A stretch of 64,000 bases of DNA from Ophelia neglecta (taxonomy: Eukaryota), in contig OZ260663.1 of NCBI GenBank assembly GCA_965285935.1, positions 104,966,001 through 105,030,000 on the forward strand, in the 5' to 3' direction. Positions 1-14,690 of the stretch are shown here, one piece after another (position 1 is the stretch's first letter; each line of letters starts with the position of its first letter). The position numbers were made by a program, and so were the translations under genes. The notes below the pieces were generated by a model. That model had not been told where the DNA came from and made no database searches. It worked only from the letters and a program-made list of their open reading frames with translations.

Positions 1-379
1 GTCCAAAAATAACAAATTCCTGGTATTTTCCCAACAGACATAAATGATCGACTTCAGTCTATACACTGTACATCACTTATATTGCAGCATCAAGAAGAAA
101 TAACTGCAACTTACTTTACAACATTCATTAGTCATGGGTTTATGGAAAACTTTATGACACAGGAGGAAGAGTAAATATGCCCTAGATTGGTCTGCGTTAG
201 ATTAAATCTCTAGTATATGGCAATTAAGTGCTTTGAGCGGTGAATATCACTGACTAATAATAAACCAGACAGTGATGCCTTTTTGGTCATCTCTCTGATG
301 GGACAACACTATGACATAGCATGATTTTCTTCAGGCGACATGATTTGAGGGGCCGACTCGATTGCTTCTCATATTCGTA

Positions 380-615
380 AACGCCCGAGATATGGTAGTA
401 TAAAGTTTCTTCTCGTGGCCTGTATTGACATGATATCCACGAAAGCTTAAGCTAATAACTGGTTCTTCCCATGACCGGTAGTGACATGATATGGACGGAA
501 GCTTGGGCTTATAGTAGTTAAAGTTCTTCACATGCTCAGTAGGGATAGGATTTCGACGGTAGCTATAAAGAAAGACAGTTCAGGTTCTTCCTATGCACAA
601 TAATGCCATGATATG
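380..615 (+). repeat. Old degenerate ~58-bp tandem repeat, about 4 units
   Basis: GTTCTTC...GACATGATAT..ACG.AAGCT recurs near 427, 483, 544 and 605. Confidence 0.5.
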
Positions 616-2758
616 ATCACTTAGGCGTGTATTCCAGGCAGCGAATTGGGTGAATATTACCCACCTTTTTTGAGTTTTTAGGTTTAACCCCTTTAGGTTT
701 TGTTAGGTTTGACACCTTTTAATATCGGAGGTAACAGTAAATTCGCAAACCCTGTTTATTTCTTCCATCCATTCCTTAATTCATAAAATTCCTTCTCTTT
801 ATAATTAGTTAACACTATTTGTTGCGGCTCCCTTAGTGCAATCTGGTTTGGTTTGATTTGGGTCCTTTTCCATATCCTCTTGTGCATCTTCACTAACTTC
901 CCTATTTGGATTGGACATAGTTGACTTGATAAATGCAGGAAGGTTAAATGAAAAATGAATAGATTTGTCCAGATATGACTAGATCAGTTTTCTAGGCAAC
1001 ATGAAACGGTAATACGCGGTATAAGCCAACCCACGTACAGTTTTGGGTTGGACGAAGTTTCGGTACATTATGTTGGTTTGAAACATGCTTTTGTCAACTG
1101 TCTTTAAAAGACTACAGGTTACAGGCATCGAAGCAATATGAGTTTTTTACGCAAATTTTCGTGCCGATTGAAAGATCCCAGTTACAGTAAAAAAGAGATT
1201 TAATGGCCTTCTCTAGTATACTACTGGTTATGCTCTAGATGGAGATACTACTTAGCCCTCATTTTTTGGACTGATTTGATGGCCTTTTCTCGACTCATGA
1301 TTTGGCTTTGTCTGCCGGTCGTCCACTCCCATTTTCTCAATAGCAAATCACTCTATAGCATTATGACGGAATATCCTGAAAAAATTGCTGAAATATTATT
1401 CTCGAAATTTTCATGCTCATCACAAATTTCATTACAGTAGCAAAAAATACATTAGGACATTGGTTGGACATAAAACGACGTTAATAGATGGACTGAGCAT
1501 ATTGATGACGTTAATATATTGACTGAGCATATCCTTTTTGTCATCATGTCGCAGTATCTTTCACAAGTAATGTCCCGTTGGGATATATTACCATCTGGGG
1601 CGATAATCATGTAAATTGGATTGTAATAACCCCAATAAGCCTATCGGAGGTCAGCTTCTAAGTGACATCTCATGATGAGTGGCTTTGTACTGTTCGGGAC
1701 ACGTTATAACAAGCGTAATGGCCGCTCGTTAGAACCGCTCGTTACGGTCAATCGTAAAGCCGGCTCGTTATAGGCCTAGTTAAGCCGTGTGTATTGAATG
1801 ACTTGTGCCGCACTTATGGTTGTCGAGAATCACTGCATCTTACTGTATGTTCGCGCCATAGATAGACAGAAACAATGAAATATAGACAAAGGATCAGGTG
1901 TAGGGCATGTTAAACTTTACCCTAAATGTATGGAGAGTAGTGGGCTTCCACTAAACACATTAAAATGAAAAATCTGGTCCATAACAGGCTTTATTTAACA
2001 ATTAATGAAGCCTCATCTGACGTTTGCGCCGCGTTTCTCGCCCTTTGCCCCGGGCAACCCAGATATCCTCCTGGAGTAAGGCCTTCATCCTTCTCCTTAG
2101 TTCTAGACCCCGGCGTCTAACGTAGCCTACCATCAATCTCCTGTGCCATCAATGCCGATAGCCCCAAGGCGTTCGGCATCTGTACATTCCTTCTTCTCTG
2201 TCTTTTACTCAGTGCCTCTTCTATGTTTTACTCTTACATGGCCAGAGTACTTAAAGCGCCGTCTCCTTACTCAGCGAATAGTGACGGGAAATTGCCCGCG
2301 TCCCGGTGTCTCGTGCGTGCGCTCCGAGAGCCACTAACTACACGCTGTCGTTTAAAGCGGTAATAGTTAAAGGAGTGACGCAGGGTCGAGGCAGGCAGTG
2401 GAAGGGGGAGCTGTGTGATCGATAACATGTTTAACTCCATCTCAATCTTTATTTCAGGCACTAAATAACCTCACAACACACAGAACACCTGATTAATCCC
2501 AGTTCAGCTAACAACTAACTTACCTGGAGGAGGTGTAAGTGATAAGCAGACAGTGCTTCGGTTCAGCAGAACAGAGAATAATCTACAGGCGGAATAACAG
2601 GAATAGTGCGGCACTAACTTGTTCTGCTAAGGGTGACAGACATAGATATCAGCACAACGTCAGTATATTGCATACCACGTGGGTATTCATTAATAGTTTC
2701 TGCTATAGCGATAAGGATATAACAATATAAAGAAGAGGATACACATATTGAGACAAAC

Positions 2759-2870
2759 ATGGCAGTTCACGCGATAAAAAAGGCTACAACTTTGTCTCCT
2801 TTGTTTGATGTTGGATTATTTCTTAATTTGTTGTCGTTACTTGGAGCTGTGACATCTGGATCGGATAAAG
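2759..2870 (+). CDS. Exon 1 (signal peptide) of SUEL-CUB-CCP type I membrane protein
   Basis: ATG in acaaacATGG context; encodes MAVHAIKKATTLSPLFDVGLFLNLLSLLGAVTSGSDK+G with a hydrophobic core; ends at AAG|GTAAGA donor in phase 1, matching the phase of exon 2. Linkage across the 14.6-kb intron is inferred. Confidence 0.7.
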
Positions 2871-5800
2871 GTAAGAACAGTTGAGTTGTCACTAGAGCAT
2901 GAGGATGAATTCGGCCACGGCCGTAAATACCGCTCGCTGCAGCTTAGGCAAAAAACTTACTTGTCCTGCAATGCACATGGCATATATTTGTTATGAAAAA
3001 ATCATTGTACACTGTTACTTGGCTTTCAACCTTTTTTTGGATTTATGTTTTCGACAGTTTTGTTGTCCTTTCAATACGATTTGAAACGTTAACCGATCTG
3101 GCGCAAGGCAAACTTTCTGACATTATTTCGCTTAAACAAAAATGATGATCGGAAAGCTAAATAGGCGAATGAATGTTCGCTTCCTGTTCCACTTCATTTC
3201 AAGCCCACATTTTTACAAATCTCCAAATAAGCTTGTGAAACCTACCGACTCCGAGAAAGGTAGTTGCTAGTTATTAAATCACCAGGGGCCACCATGTTCC
3301 TTTAGAAACATATTCCCATTCAGTATTAATCAAACTGTAATAGTGTGTATGGTCTTGTGCGAATTCAGCCCATATCGTGCACAGATATATCATGAGAACA
3401 GGCTGAAATTCTGGGAAATTTTCTTGAGTATTATTAGCAATGTACTCTCGTCCCAGAGTGCAAGTTTATGTTTGTTTTATAATGGACCAAATATGGATTT
3501 CTTTCACGAGACAGCCAGTGTTAACATTATTTGATTGCAAACAGTCATCAAAATATTGTCCAAACCCGGCAATTGAATTCTGTTTAATGCCATAAACCGG
3601 TAGATGTTCCGTACTTGCCCGGCCTTACTGGTGTGAAACAACTGCGGTAATTACTACCGAAACAGACAAACCCTGTGCATTATGCCATATATCATATACG
3701 TCAGTAATGAACGCATATTATACTCGTCCCTGCCATTGCTGTACACCGTATTTCCTGTCGTCTTGTACAGACCGTGTTTCCAACGCTCTGCCACATATTC
3801 ACCAGGCTTGACATTATCTTATCTGTCATAATTCCCCATCCTATAATATGCTTTCACATCATTCCCTTTGCAATTAATCACCTGCAGTCAGTCGGATCCT
3901 ATCATACGGATAACTCAATACATCAGCTTTTCTTAGGCTTCCACCGGATTTTACCATCGGTGTTCCAGCTAGAAGCCTTACAGATTCATATTACCTTTTT
4001 TCTTCGGTAATAGTATTATGTTTAAGATATAAACAGGACGAATAGCTATAACCTTTTTTAATGTTATAGCCAGTTTGACATGCCGACTTTCGGTGTCGAA
4101 ATGCTTTACACGTCCAAGCCTCCCGACTTCAAGGTGCTTCTGGAGAAACATAATCGGAATCGATAATAATATATTCGTATCTGAATGATCATTTATTTTC
4201 ACCTGGTAGCACTACGAAATCCGCGAGATAAAGAATGCTAGTGTTATATACATTGTGACATCGGTACATTTTGGCGAGAAAAAACTACCCCAGGGTAGGC
4301 AATATTTTATAGAATAAACTGCTGGCTCTCTATCATCGTGAATGGTAATAATAATTATCACATTTGTTAACATTGGGTTATCAATGTGTCAAAAGTAACT
4401 ATATACTTTTCTTCAATATTCGGTTCATATGAGACAATGAAATCAAGAATATAGCAGACAAGCAAAGATTATGACTGTTATAAATAATCATAGGGCACTC
4501 ACGACTATTGTTCCTCGGTGGAGTAAGGTTGTGTTGACACAAATTATGATGGTTTGACACTGTTGCCGCATGTCTATGGTAACATCCGCATGATAATAAT
4601 TCCGCCCGCGAATTTACTATGTGCCACATACAATCGAGCCTGCTGTTTGGCGTCCCGAGCTCTTACATCATTCTTTTTTGCCTCCTCTGAAAGGATCATT
4701 AGCTAGCATTAACTTCTTACGTTTCATGTCATCGGTCTCCGAGAGAAGAGAAAGTTCCTTTATTTTCAGTAGCAGTCGGTGATCTTCCATCCCGGGTTTA
4801 TTTATTTATGTGTGTGGTGCTTTGGCAGCTGGTTCCTAATGATTTTCGACCTATTTTAAGGACTTTTCTTAATCGATGATTTAATTGGTCTGCCGGTTAT
4901 CCTCTCCCGTTGTTTTCCATGTATAGTACAAATATCTGCCCATGTATTGCTGTCTAAAATTCTAAAAACATCGGGACTGATTACTCGATGGCTAAATCTG
5001 TAATGGAAGTTACAGAAGCCACGTGCTGACATTCCGTGCTCCAGAAAAGACCCGGTTATAACTCCTTACTTTATTCGCAATGTGCCCATTGTGTAATTCG
5101 ATGCTATGAGTACATTTGGTGATTTTTTTTAAATGAAAATTTAACCGTTCGAGGTAATCAAAAATGCCTTCCCTTTCTCTCGTTTATCTAAGTACATGTA
5201 TAACACACGCCTAGAGGGCTTGTGTATTCCTGTATTATATTTCGTCAGTAGATGAGTATAAATATAAGAGCGATGACTCCCCTTTAGACAGTTTACGTGT
5301 AGGTCCTATTAGCCATTGTCTTAAAACCTACGCATTTCAGGACAGCAATTTGTGATAAACGTGGTTCATCCTATGGTACTATGAAGTAGACTTTGTACAA
5401 TCTTCCTATTTAGACTGCAAATGCATCCTTTCTTGGGCTCGCGTTTAATAGGATAAAGCCATCTTTAGTGTCATAATATGAGCGAGCCATGTCCGTCATA
5501 GACTTTACTATGGTATATTTCATATTTGACCATAAACACTTATACAATTTTGTTCTGACAAAAATCATTAAGTACTGTTGTCTACTTTTCATTGTCAGTG
5601 ATATCAAATTTTTAAATTGGTATTAATAATGTTGTTACCGGCTCATTTAGTATTAAAAATCCGGCAATTTATGTAGATGTTTCAGCAGAACAATTTCATG
5701 GTAATTGCGGATTAATAATTGTCTGCATTGTCTTTAGGGCTCCTTATTCTGTTTTTATATATCAGAAATCAGTCGATAGTGTTAAGTTTGCATGATAAGG

Positions 5801-7065
5801 GAAAGAATCTCCGCATTCTGCTCTTACTCCAAACGCATGAGGCTTATTTAAATTTGGTTGCCCACCTACTGATTCATGTTAAGTGTGAAAACCTCTATGA
5901 TTGATCTTACCCTCACAAACAGGTGACTCTAAGTTACTAGGTTTTATAGCTAAGGCGTGTCCGTACAAGACGGACGCAGACGCCATAATAAATAATCTGA
6001 CCTGATACGCGTAAAATGTGTCATCAGACGACAGGAGCAACCCTTATGACAAATCACCTGCCTACAGCCCGGAACAATATATATTAATTAGAAAGACAAA
6101 TATGCACTTAACGGCGCACCAAGTGTTGACAATTGAACATTAACATTTAAGTGGTGTGCAGAAGTGAATCATCTGTGTCAGGTTCTTCCTTTAAGGGGCT
6201 TTTTGAGGATACAGCATTGCGGCAATACAGATTATATGTTGCCAACCAGTCATGGCTCGAATGTGTTTTGTTTTTCCAGGGTTTATATCAGGGCGACAAT
6301 ATCAAACTCGACCACCGTTTTTTCACAATGGTTGTTTGTTGTGATTGGCTAACTCCTTCAGTTGGTAAAATAGCAGTAAAATTGGTAAAATGTGTAAAGG
6401 AAGTAATGCATGAAACCGGTCCGAGATCATAAGGGGCCGTGTGAGAGATACGGTAACAGAAAACACAGTCTTTCGCAGTAATTACACAGCGTCAACTGAC
6501 TCAGAACATTGCAATTTTTAATCAAAATAGGTTGAAGGTGCTATTTATTGATGTCTTAGGACCACAATGAAATATTAGGGCCACAATGAAATGTTCCCTA
6601 TGGGTTTGTTTTACATGCAACCAGAGCCTTTTCCTGTATTTCTTTCGCAAAGTCAAGCAGATCATCCTTATGGTGAACTGTCACCAGACTAGAGAGTGAA
6701 TACTTTTGTAATTAGAAGATTGTCTTCGTTGTCAAATAGACATTCCCTTGCAGATGGCATGCGCAACACATCCATTGTACAGGTGCCAACTCTGACATTT
6801 GTCGAGAGGCGAATTATATTGGTTGCGCATTTTAAAGAACATTTCTTTCCATTTGCATCGTAGCAACCTCTTACTCGGCAACCGGTATGCTGTGAACGGA
6901 AATAACCTGGCCGCCGTCCATCAAATATATCATGCACTTGTATCTTGAAGGTAAATGCTAAAATCCATGCTCGCTTTCTGATGATTGTTGTTGAAGCCAT
7001 CTCACTATAGCGCTTACATTGAATCTTCATTAATCATGGCATACTATTTGTGTTTCGAGAAAATA

Positions 7066-7158
7066 TACATTGAAAGTGTTCAGAATGTTTCTCATATTCG
7101 TGGTCTGAATTTACAGGTGGTCTGATTATAGAGGTGGTCTATAAGGCAGGTTTCACTG
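7066..7158 (-). mobile_element. Truncated copy of the same TA-TSD MITE
   Basis: Reverse complement of the left ~95 bp of 18537-18704; ends CAGGTTTCACTG|TA. Confidence 0.8.
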
Positions 7159-7496
7159 TATATATATTTTTAAATACGACATATAAGTACGAAAGACGAT
7201 GTTTAATGCGTAGGTGCATGGTTGATGTTTTATGTAGCGATACCGGTGAATCATAGTGTGCTTCGGTTAGGTTGGTAGCATATCCTTTCCACTTACCCTG
7301 CCCAAACCATACTTAACTTATACCTGCGTATAAATACTTTGGTCCTGAAGTTTCTCATATCAAGTTATCCGGTATGCGAAGCATAACATATCGTTGTGTT
7401 CGTACCAGATGTATTATTTTGTTTTATATGTTCATAGTGTAGTACATATTTAACACAGGAAACGGGCAAGTGTTATGTGTCGCCTCTTCAGGCTGG

Positions 7497-7605
7497 CTTC
7501 ATCTTTGTGACTGGGACATGCCTGTGGGCAGGTCATACATTATGGAGGCCTTCTCTGTCCGCTCATGACACTTGTTATATCTTCCTTGGTCATGCTGTGT
7601 CATGA
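7497..7605 (+). repeat. Unclassified dispersed repeat (also about 16980-17092 and 28102-28214)
   Basis: Shared TTCATCTTTGT, GACATGCC.GTGGGCAG, ATGGAGGC.TTCT.TGTCCGCTC.TGACA.TTGTTATAT. Confidence 0.75.
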
Positions 7606-10600
7606 CCACAAGGCCCTCATTTATCACTTTCCTGCTTTGTGACATTTTTATCTGGCTGAGGTTGAATGCCTCATGAACATGTTTACCATTATTCAAAAAA
7701 CAAACATGGTTTGCTTTAACCTGCATCTTACAGGCCAGTTTCAACCTGAACTCAGGTATTTGTTGGTTTAAGTAATAATAACTTTGGAATTATGCTTTAA
7801 AATTATGTTTCCATAACTAGTTAATTACTCAATCCCTTTAATTGGGTTCTGGGATCGCATTTACCACAATAATTATGGTTCTACAACTTTCTTTGTATGC
7901 TTAGTAAATTGGCAGTTGTACAAGAAATGGTCAATTTTCAAAATGAGTATAGACAACCGGGCGAAAATAAGAAGATATCGTCAATTCAATCGCCCCAAAT
8001 GCACGATTAACCACCAACTACTAGCCAACATATTTCCTCTCCCCGTTACACAACCACATAATTTAAAATCAATTATTAACGGAATCATAGGAATATAATG
8101 AGAATACATTTAACTTAGTTTGAACTTAGAACATTATATAGGCCTATGTAACTACGTATTGTAAGATACATGGAGACAAATTAAATTCCAGTGGATTCTG
8201 CTTTTAGTCACCGCTATCCTTAGCTGGTATGGCGTGGTGAACATTGTTTTCTTTGTCTCAAAGAGCAGATAAACATGTTTGTTTCTTTCCAGACTGATTT
8301 GATTGGTAAACAAAATGTCGGCTTAAAGAACCGCCAGAAAATAGCATTACACTCGACGAGAACTACCTTTGTGCCGTATCATTTGAGGTTGCGAAGTGTT
8401 ATGAAGTTCATTTGTGTCGAAACCCGATGAACCAAGATCAGGCCATTTGCAGTGTTCTGCCAATTCAGTATAAATACATATAATGTTGGGTGAAGACAGC
8501 CTGTGCTCGGTAAAACAAGGCAGGGAATACACTGCAGTCGAATCTCAACTCTGATGGAAACTATCGCGAGTTGCTAACACAGTAGCGGGGATAAAATGAC
8601 TTGGCCATGTTATTTACTCTTTTAAACGATGGGTTTTCGTAAAAATTCCCTCTAAAAATAAAATATGTACTTAAAGAACTTTGCATTCATACAAGTGGGA
8701 TCCCATGTGGCACTAAGATTGAATTAGTACAAGTTGTTCATACTTATCCTTAAATTAATTCAGAATACTCTTAAATTCGAATATATTTTATAAGTGATAA
8801 TGTGTCTACTGTAGAAATAAAATTAGTCTAAGACTGATATTGAACTCGGTTGACAAACTGTTGTCAAATGACCGACGTTCTTGCGTAACTCTATTAACGA
8901 GGCATTAATCTTAGCATCCACTGGGATTGACTATTTCAATTTCCCACCCTTAAGTCAATCAGGACATCGCCCAAGTGGTCTAATAAGATAATGCTGTGAT
9001 TGCCTTTAGACGGAGGGTGTGTGCCCGGCGAGAGGAGCGGCCCAGTGTATCGTGACCTCTCGCATTATCACACATGTGTATGTGACGTCCGGTAAAAATA
9101 AAACAAAAACCAGTTCGTCTACACTATCCGATCACTTGTACAATATTGGTCTACCAGACAGGCCCATGACAATGGTTCATTAAATTACTGTTCGTACCAC
9201 AAAGGTCTCTTTGTGTGGTTCAGATAAGTTTCCGGATAACACCGGCCCCTACCCCTAATACTCCAATTACTGAATAGGCCTCGGCCCTAGTAGAGTAAAG
9301 ACAATGCTCCTGATATTTCCTCTTCTGTAAATGGAGATCGATGGGGCTGGAGACTAATTCTATTTAGGCCAATAAACCGCCCGGAGGAGGCCAACACTGT
9401 CGTATAACATCCGACGGTGTATATATGAAAATTGGGGGCTCCTGTAAGTAATTGCTCGATGGGACAATGCTGTTGGTTTTCTTGTTTAATTAACACAGTA
9501 ACTTTTATTTATTATTATTCACAATTTACACTTTATCAAATATTATTAGTATAAAGACCACCAATACGGCACAGTTGAAAATGTAGAATGACTTCCATGC
9601 TGTACATATCATCTTTTAAGCAGATAACTCATCTTTGTGTACAAAGGATAAAGTAAAACTAGGCAGTCGAGCTGTGGGCAAATTGCTATTTGTTAGGTAG
9701 TTTGGCGCTTAAGAATAATATATAAGGACATTTAAGTGACAGGAGCATGTTGCTCCGGAGAAACAATTTGTTTTCTTGACAGTCAGGATAAAGTGAATGT
9801 TTTAACAACCACCACCACCTAGCTCCCAGGGTCTTCGCATCCCAACTATGTACATTCTTGTTACCTCTTCCTTTGATTTCTGATGGGCCAAATAGCAATA
9901 AATTAGCGTCATTCAGATGATCTGCATAAAAAAAGCCTGGGTCACGGGTTCTTTACTTCTCTTCTGAATGGTGGGGGGGAGAGTGGGGATTCAAACCAGG
10001 GGACTCCCAACACGTTTTCCCAGGCTCGCACGCCACATTTGTTATGCTGGATTTACGCCAAGATTGTGTTTGTTCAATTCTTTATTCCCCTATCCTTATC
10101 GAGTTGCCTAAGTGCTAAATGTTTTTGTGCTGTCAGAGTTCACCAAAAATGTGCCTCAGGCACTCATACGTTGTATGGGTCAATCCGAAATAGAGTAACT
10201 GACCCCCATAATCGGGTTTGTGTCGGTGGTCATGTTTAACAAGCTGAAAGGTGATCATAAGAAGTAAAATGGACCCCAGTCGGGTCGATCATGTTAAAAT
10301 ATACCCGAGCGCCGGCCAATGGTGCTATTGTATGGATGAGAATTATTTCCAAATAGTTATTTGAAAATGCACTCTTTCGGTGCGCAATGAGCCAATTAAA
10401 ATACGTTAACCGAGATAATGGGGATAATTCTAGTTAAAGATTTCGCTTGTTAAGCCAGGTATGTACTCTGGTTAAGTACAATTCATATAATCGTCTTTAT
10501 AGAATACCAATTGCAACCTCGTTTCCAGCAATTATACATTGATGGTAGCACCCATCTACCTCGGATAGGATAGGAGTATGTTTGAAGCTAATGATATCAT

Positions 10601-11410
10601 TTGTTCAATGCCCATGGTTTAAAATTTGAATGCCGTTAAATGAGTTAACAAAATATTGACGTTAGGATTTCCATTATTTTCTTACCATATTTAGGTTCTG
10701 GGGTCTTCCATACAAATTCCAAACCAGAAATTAATCAACAAGATAATGTTATAAGGATGTTAGTTCATATTGTCAGCACATATATAAGTGCAAGCGTCTT
10801 CCATAAAAATCGAGTTTTGTCTAAAAATGTTGAATACACATTACCTAGATTATTTAGATGTAAATGTTTACCGCTGCTATGACACGTGAATTTGTGTTAT
10901 TTCGACATACGCTCTTATAAGGGCATGTACATATATTATAAAAGAAATCGTTTTACGGCATATTACAACTCGATTCATTCGTGATGATTGGGCCGATTTA
11001 CTTTTCACAGTTCTTCACTAATGCATCTTCTCTGTTCGCTGGGTATCCACATACTGTTTTAAAGCTAATACTCCACCCTCGTCATATTGTCTAGACAACA
11101 TCCGCACTGACAATTACAAACTGCTTATATGCACTATTAATGAGGCAAAGTCCCACCGAAGCATTAACCAGCAGCCAAATTCCAGCTTAGTTTCCCTGTC
11201 ATTTCGGAGTAACAAGCTTATGAAAAGAATAGATCAATGCTGTTATATCTGTTACGTATTCGGAGAACCTGTTTTTTAGATATTTCCATTAACCAAATTA
11301 GAGCTTTCACATGTTAGACTTTTCATCAAAGGCTCTTCAATGCCTGCACGTTATGATAAAATACTGAATGGTGATTAAGGTCTTTTACGGAATAAAAAAA
11401 AGTCAGGAAT

Positions 11411-11610
11411 GGTACCCGGCAGACCAAGCCAAATCATTAGTCCGTGAGTAGTACATTAAAACGGTACGAAGTCACAAGGAGCCATCAGCCACAGCCCCAA
11501 ACATTTAATTACATCAATCTCCAGCTACCAAACAGGAAATCAACTGGTAAATTAAACAATAGTTAAGGGACACATGAATTTGATATCCCTTGCAATGAGA
11601 AGAACCCTTT
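11411..11610 (+). repeat. Old dispersed repeat (fragments also at about 43059-43175 and 61878-62005)
   Basis: TACCCGGCAGACC and TTGATATC..TTGCAATG.GAAG are shared with 43 kb; CACAGCCCCA and TCAATCTCCAGCT.CC.AACAG are shared with 61.9 kb. Confidence 0.65.
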
Positions 11611-13473
11611 ACTTAAGAAAGCATAACTAACAAAAAATTGACGTTTTAACAGAACAGGTGTGCGCAGGATATATCTTATATATTACTAATGATGCTGGCC
11701 ACTCTACGTTCATATTAAGATATTTAATATAAAGCATGCTGTGTTTGATAATAATGTAGCATATTCTCATTGCACGGACAGCCATGAACACACTTTATTA
11801 AGTTAAATAACTGTAAAGTAAGACAAAGACGATAGGCTTTTGATATATATTTTCCATTACGTTTTCTTGTATTCACCTCTTAGTGTATTCAGTAAAGCAA
11901 TCAAGCCTTCAAATTAAGTTTAGTTTTTATAAATAATTTGTGATGAGTAGTGAATTAATGCTCCTCGATGAGTAATTTGGTATCATTTCGAAGAGGTATC
12001 AAACAAAAACAAGTAAATTTTCAATTTCCTAATATGTAGCGATAAATGCGTATAGCATGTCATATTATCAATTACGAATATTTTATTTCGATAGAAATAA
12101 AGGCTTCCTTTCTTCACCATGGTAGCAGATTGCCAAGTGTGATGATCTAATTATTTTTGAACCTCCACATGCGACAAATGACATACCAGTGCTAATTATA
12201 ATTAATAGTCCTGGCTGTGTCTAGGGGAGTCTTGGTCTATTATTATAGAGCCATTGCCTAACCAGATCATGTTTTTCTTGGCTTATCATGACGAAAAAGG
12301 CATTTTCAATTGAAAAAACAGCATGCTGGTATCTAATTCGGAATGTGTATTCTTGTTAAAGAAATCGTTCATGTCACACGTTTTGGTTGCCACTGTGAAA
12401 CCCAATTTTCAGTACATTTTAGCCTGTTCGAGGTTCAGCAGGCCGTCGGCAGAAATCATGTAGGATTTTTTCTTATATTTACATGTTGGTTTGAAAGGTG
12501 CTAACAAATCTAATCTATTCGGATACCATTAAGCAAATCAATCAATCAAGCTTAACTTTAACCATGGTCTTTGACCTGGAAGTGTTACTGTAATGCAGAT
12601 GGCCGTTTACTGTGGTATTTATCTGTAAACGTGCATAGATAAATACATTAGTTTATGGATGATATATGGACTAACTAATCCGGGTAGGAATTTGTACAAG
12701 TCATTGATTATTGTGGCAAAGTACATTTAGCAAATTGCATTAACGGTCAGAGCAAAATGACAGCTATGTTTCAATTAATCACAGCAATGGACCCATATCT
12801 CTCTTTTGTTTTTAACCAGTTTCAATGAGTCACTCAACTCCCATGTTAACTGGGCATAATAAGGCTCTCTTTTTAAATATGTTTATAGGATCATGAAAAC
12901 TACTTTCATTTTTACAGAATTATTAAAATGACAGTTTCATATATTATTTTGATGATTAGTAGTATGTTTTCTGAACGTTTAACATAAAACTTTTGATATA
13001 TTTATTTCCTCTCTGCTTGGAATATTTCTGCATTGTGTATTCTGACCTATTTTCCATCCTTGTCCTTTCAACGTCCGTGCTAAATATTATGCAGAAGGAA
13101 GCCTTAAACGAAGGGGAATGGGTAAGGTGCAGACAAAACAAAATCATCAATCAAGTATAGGCCATTAAATCAGTTCGAAATAAGCAGGAACTGCAGGCTG
13201 CAGGCGTTCAAACATCCCTAGCCAACCCTAGGTACACTTAAAAAAATTTGACATAACTTGCAATGATAAGTAGTCAACAGTTTTGTAGGAAGCGGAGTCA
13301 GAACAGAAAATAAACCATTCAGCAGTCAAAGTCGATCAAGTATGACCTAGGAGAGGCTATGGTGGACTAAGCTATCACATATATTTGAGAAGAAGCCTTT
13401 TGACCTTGTATAACTGAACAAATCGTCTACATCTTCTTTTAAGAGTTGTGAAAAACCTAATTTTGGACAACAG

Positions 13474-13687
13474 GGGCCAGTTTCTGGAAGCAGTCTTAAA
13501 GCTTAATCTGATTAAAATCAGAATTAAGGTATTTAATCGGTGTTAACTTTGCGGGGTTTCTGATATCCGAATTTGGCCTTAGACCTAGCAAATTTGGTCA
13601 ATGGAAACATCGGTTAGCACCATCTCAGCTAATCGGCAATAGACTAATCTAATCCCAAGACTTAATACCTCTTCATGAAACCGGGCC
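13474..13687. mobile_element. PIF/Harbinger-like MITE
   Basis: TIR GGGCCAGTTTC...GAAACCGGGCC with 3-bp TSD CAG. Confidence 0.75.
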
Positions 13688-14331
13688 CAGGATTTCATAT
13701 GATTTTTGCCTACATCAAAGCTGCTTATAACACACAATTGTAGCATTGTGATCTATAAAGGGGAGAAACGCCAATGGGTTTTTATCACTCGAACGTTGTC
13801 GCCTTTTAAAAGACTGTGGCTAATTCGGCATTAATAACAGAACCTTATTCAATAGAGCAGAGCTTTAAGTGGAAATCCTTTCAGTCAGCGCCCCGGGCAA
13901 TTTGTGCTGCTTTCAAACCAGGTTGTCAATCGATTAATGATCTGAGAGGCCCGTTAAACACGTATTCCTACTAGGACCGCCACATACGGTGTGAACCAAG
14001 TGATAGCTGATGACTATGTATTGACCGCAAGAACAGAAATAAGCAATTTTCACTCTATTTGCCGATAAAGAAAGGAATTGGCCATTCTATGACTAAATTT
14101 CCATTACCAGACGGCGGAAGCCCTGGAATCGGAATTCCACCAGGTGTTATCATGCGGCAACATGATTCCTGGCAACGCGAGAGATGTAACTAAACAATTG
14201 AACCCATTCATGCCATGGAAAGGCGTTCAAGCAGATTTTCTTGGGAATATATCTATGCATTTCATTTTAAACTAAGCTTCAAAAATGAGAGGATATTTCG
14301 TATATTTAATTGGCGCCGTATTCTATAAAAT

Positions 14332-14690
14332 GTGCGTGCCGTTACCTGTGCTATGCTACCTCGCATGTAACACAGGCTAGTGTTTGCCGTCACCTCTTCT
14401 ATGCTACCGCGCGTGTTTCGCAGAAGAGTTAATGCCGTAACCTCTACTCCACTGTGGCGCATGTTTAACACGTTTATTAATGCTATAACCTCCACTGAAC
14501 TGCCGCGTGTGTTACACAGACTCGTGTATGCCGTAACATCTTCTACTCTGCCGCGCGGGTTACACAGATTAGTGAATGCCGTAACCTTTACAAGACTGCT
14601 ACGCCTGATTTACAGATAAGTGTATGTCGTAGCCTCTACTACACTGCCGTGCGTGTTACACAGAATAATGTCTGCCGTAACTCTGATTAC
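14332..14690 (+). repeat. 48-bp degenerate minisatellite, about 7.5 units (duplicate at 25453-25811)
   Basis: GTGTATGCCGTAACCTCT...CTGCCGCG...GTTACACAGA recurs every 48 nt (14332, 14380, 14428...). Confidence 0.85.

Noticed and set aside
1474-1531. Small local tandem duplications (30-bp pair here, CCGCTCGTTA repeats near 1720, 19-bp pair near 6557)
   Set aside because: Ordinary slippage products with no further structure.
2300-2758. Core promoter of the receptor gene
   Set aside because: GC-richer with a TGACG half-site, but no unambiguous TATA/Inr; the TSS cannot be placed from sequence alone.
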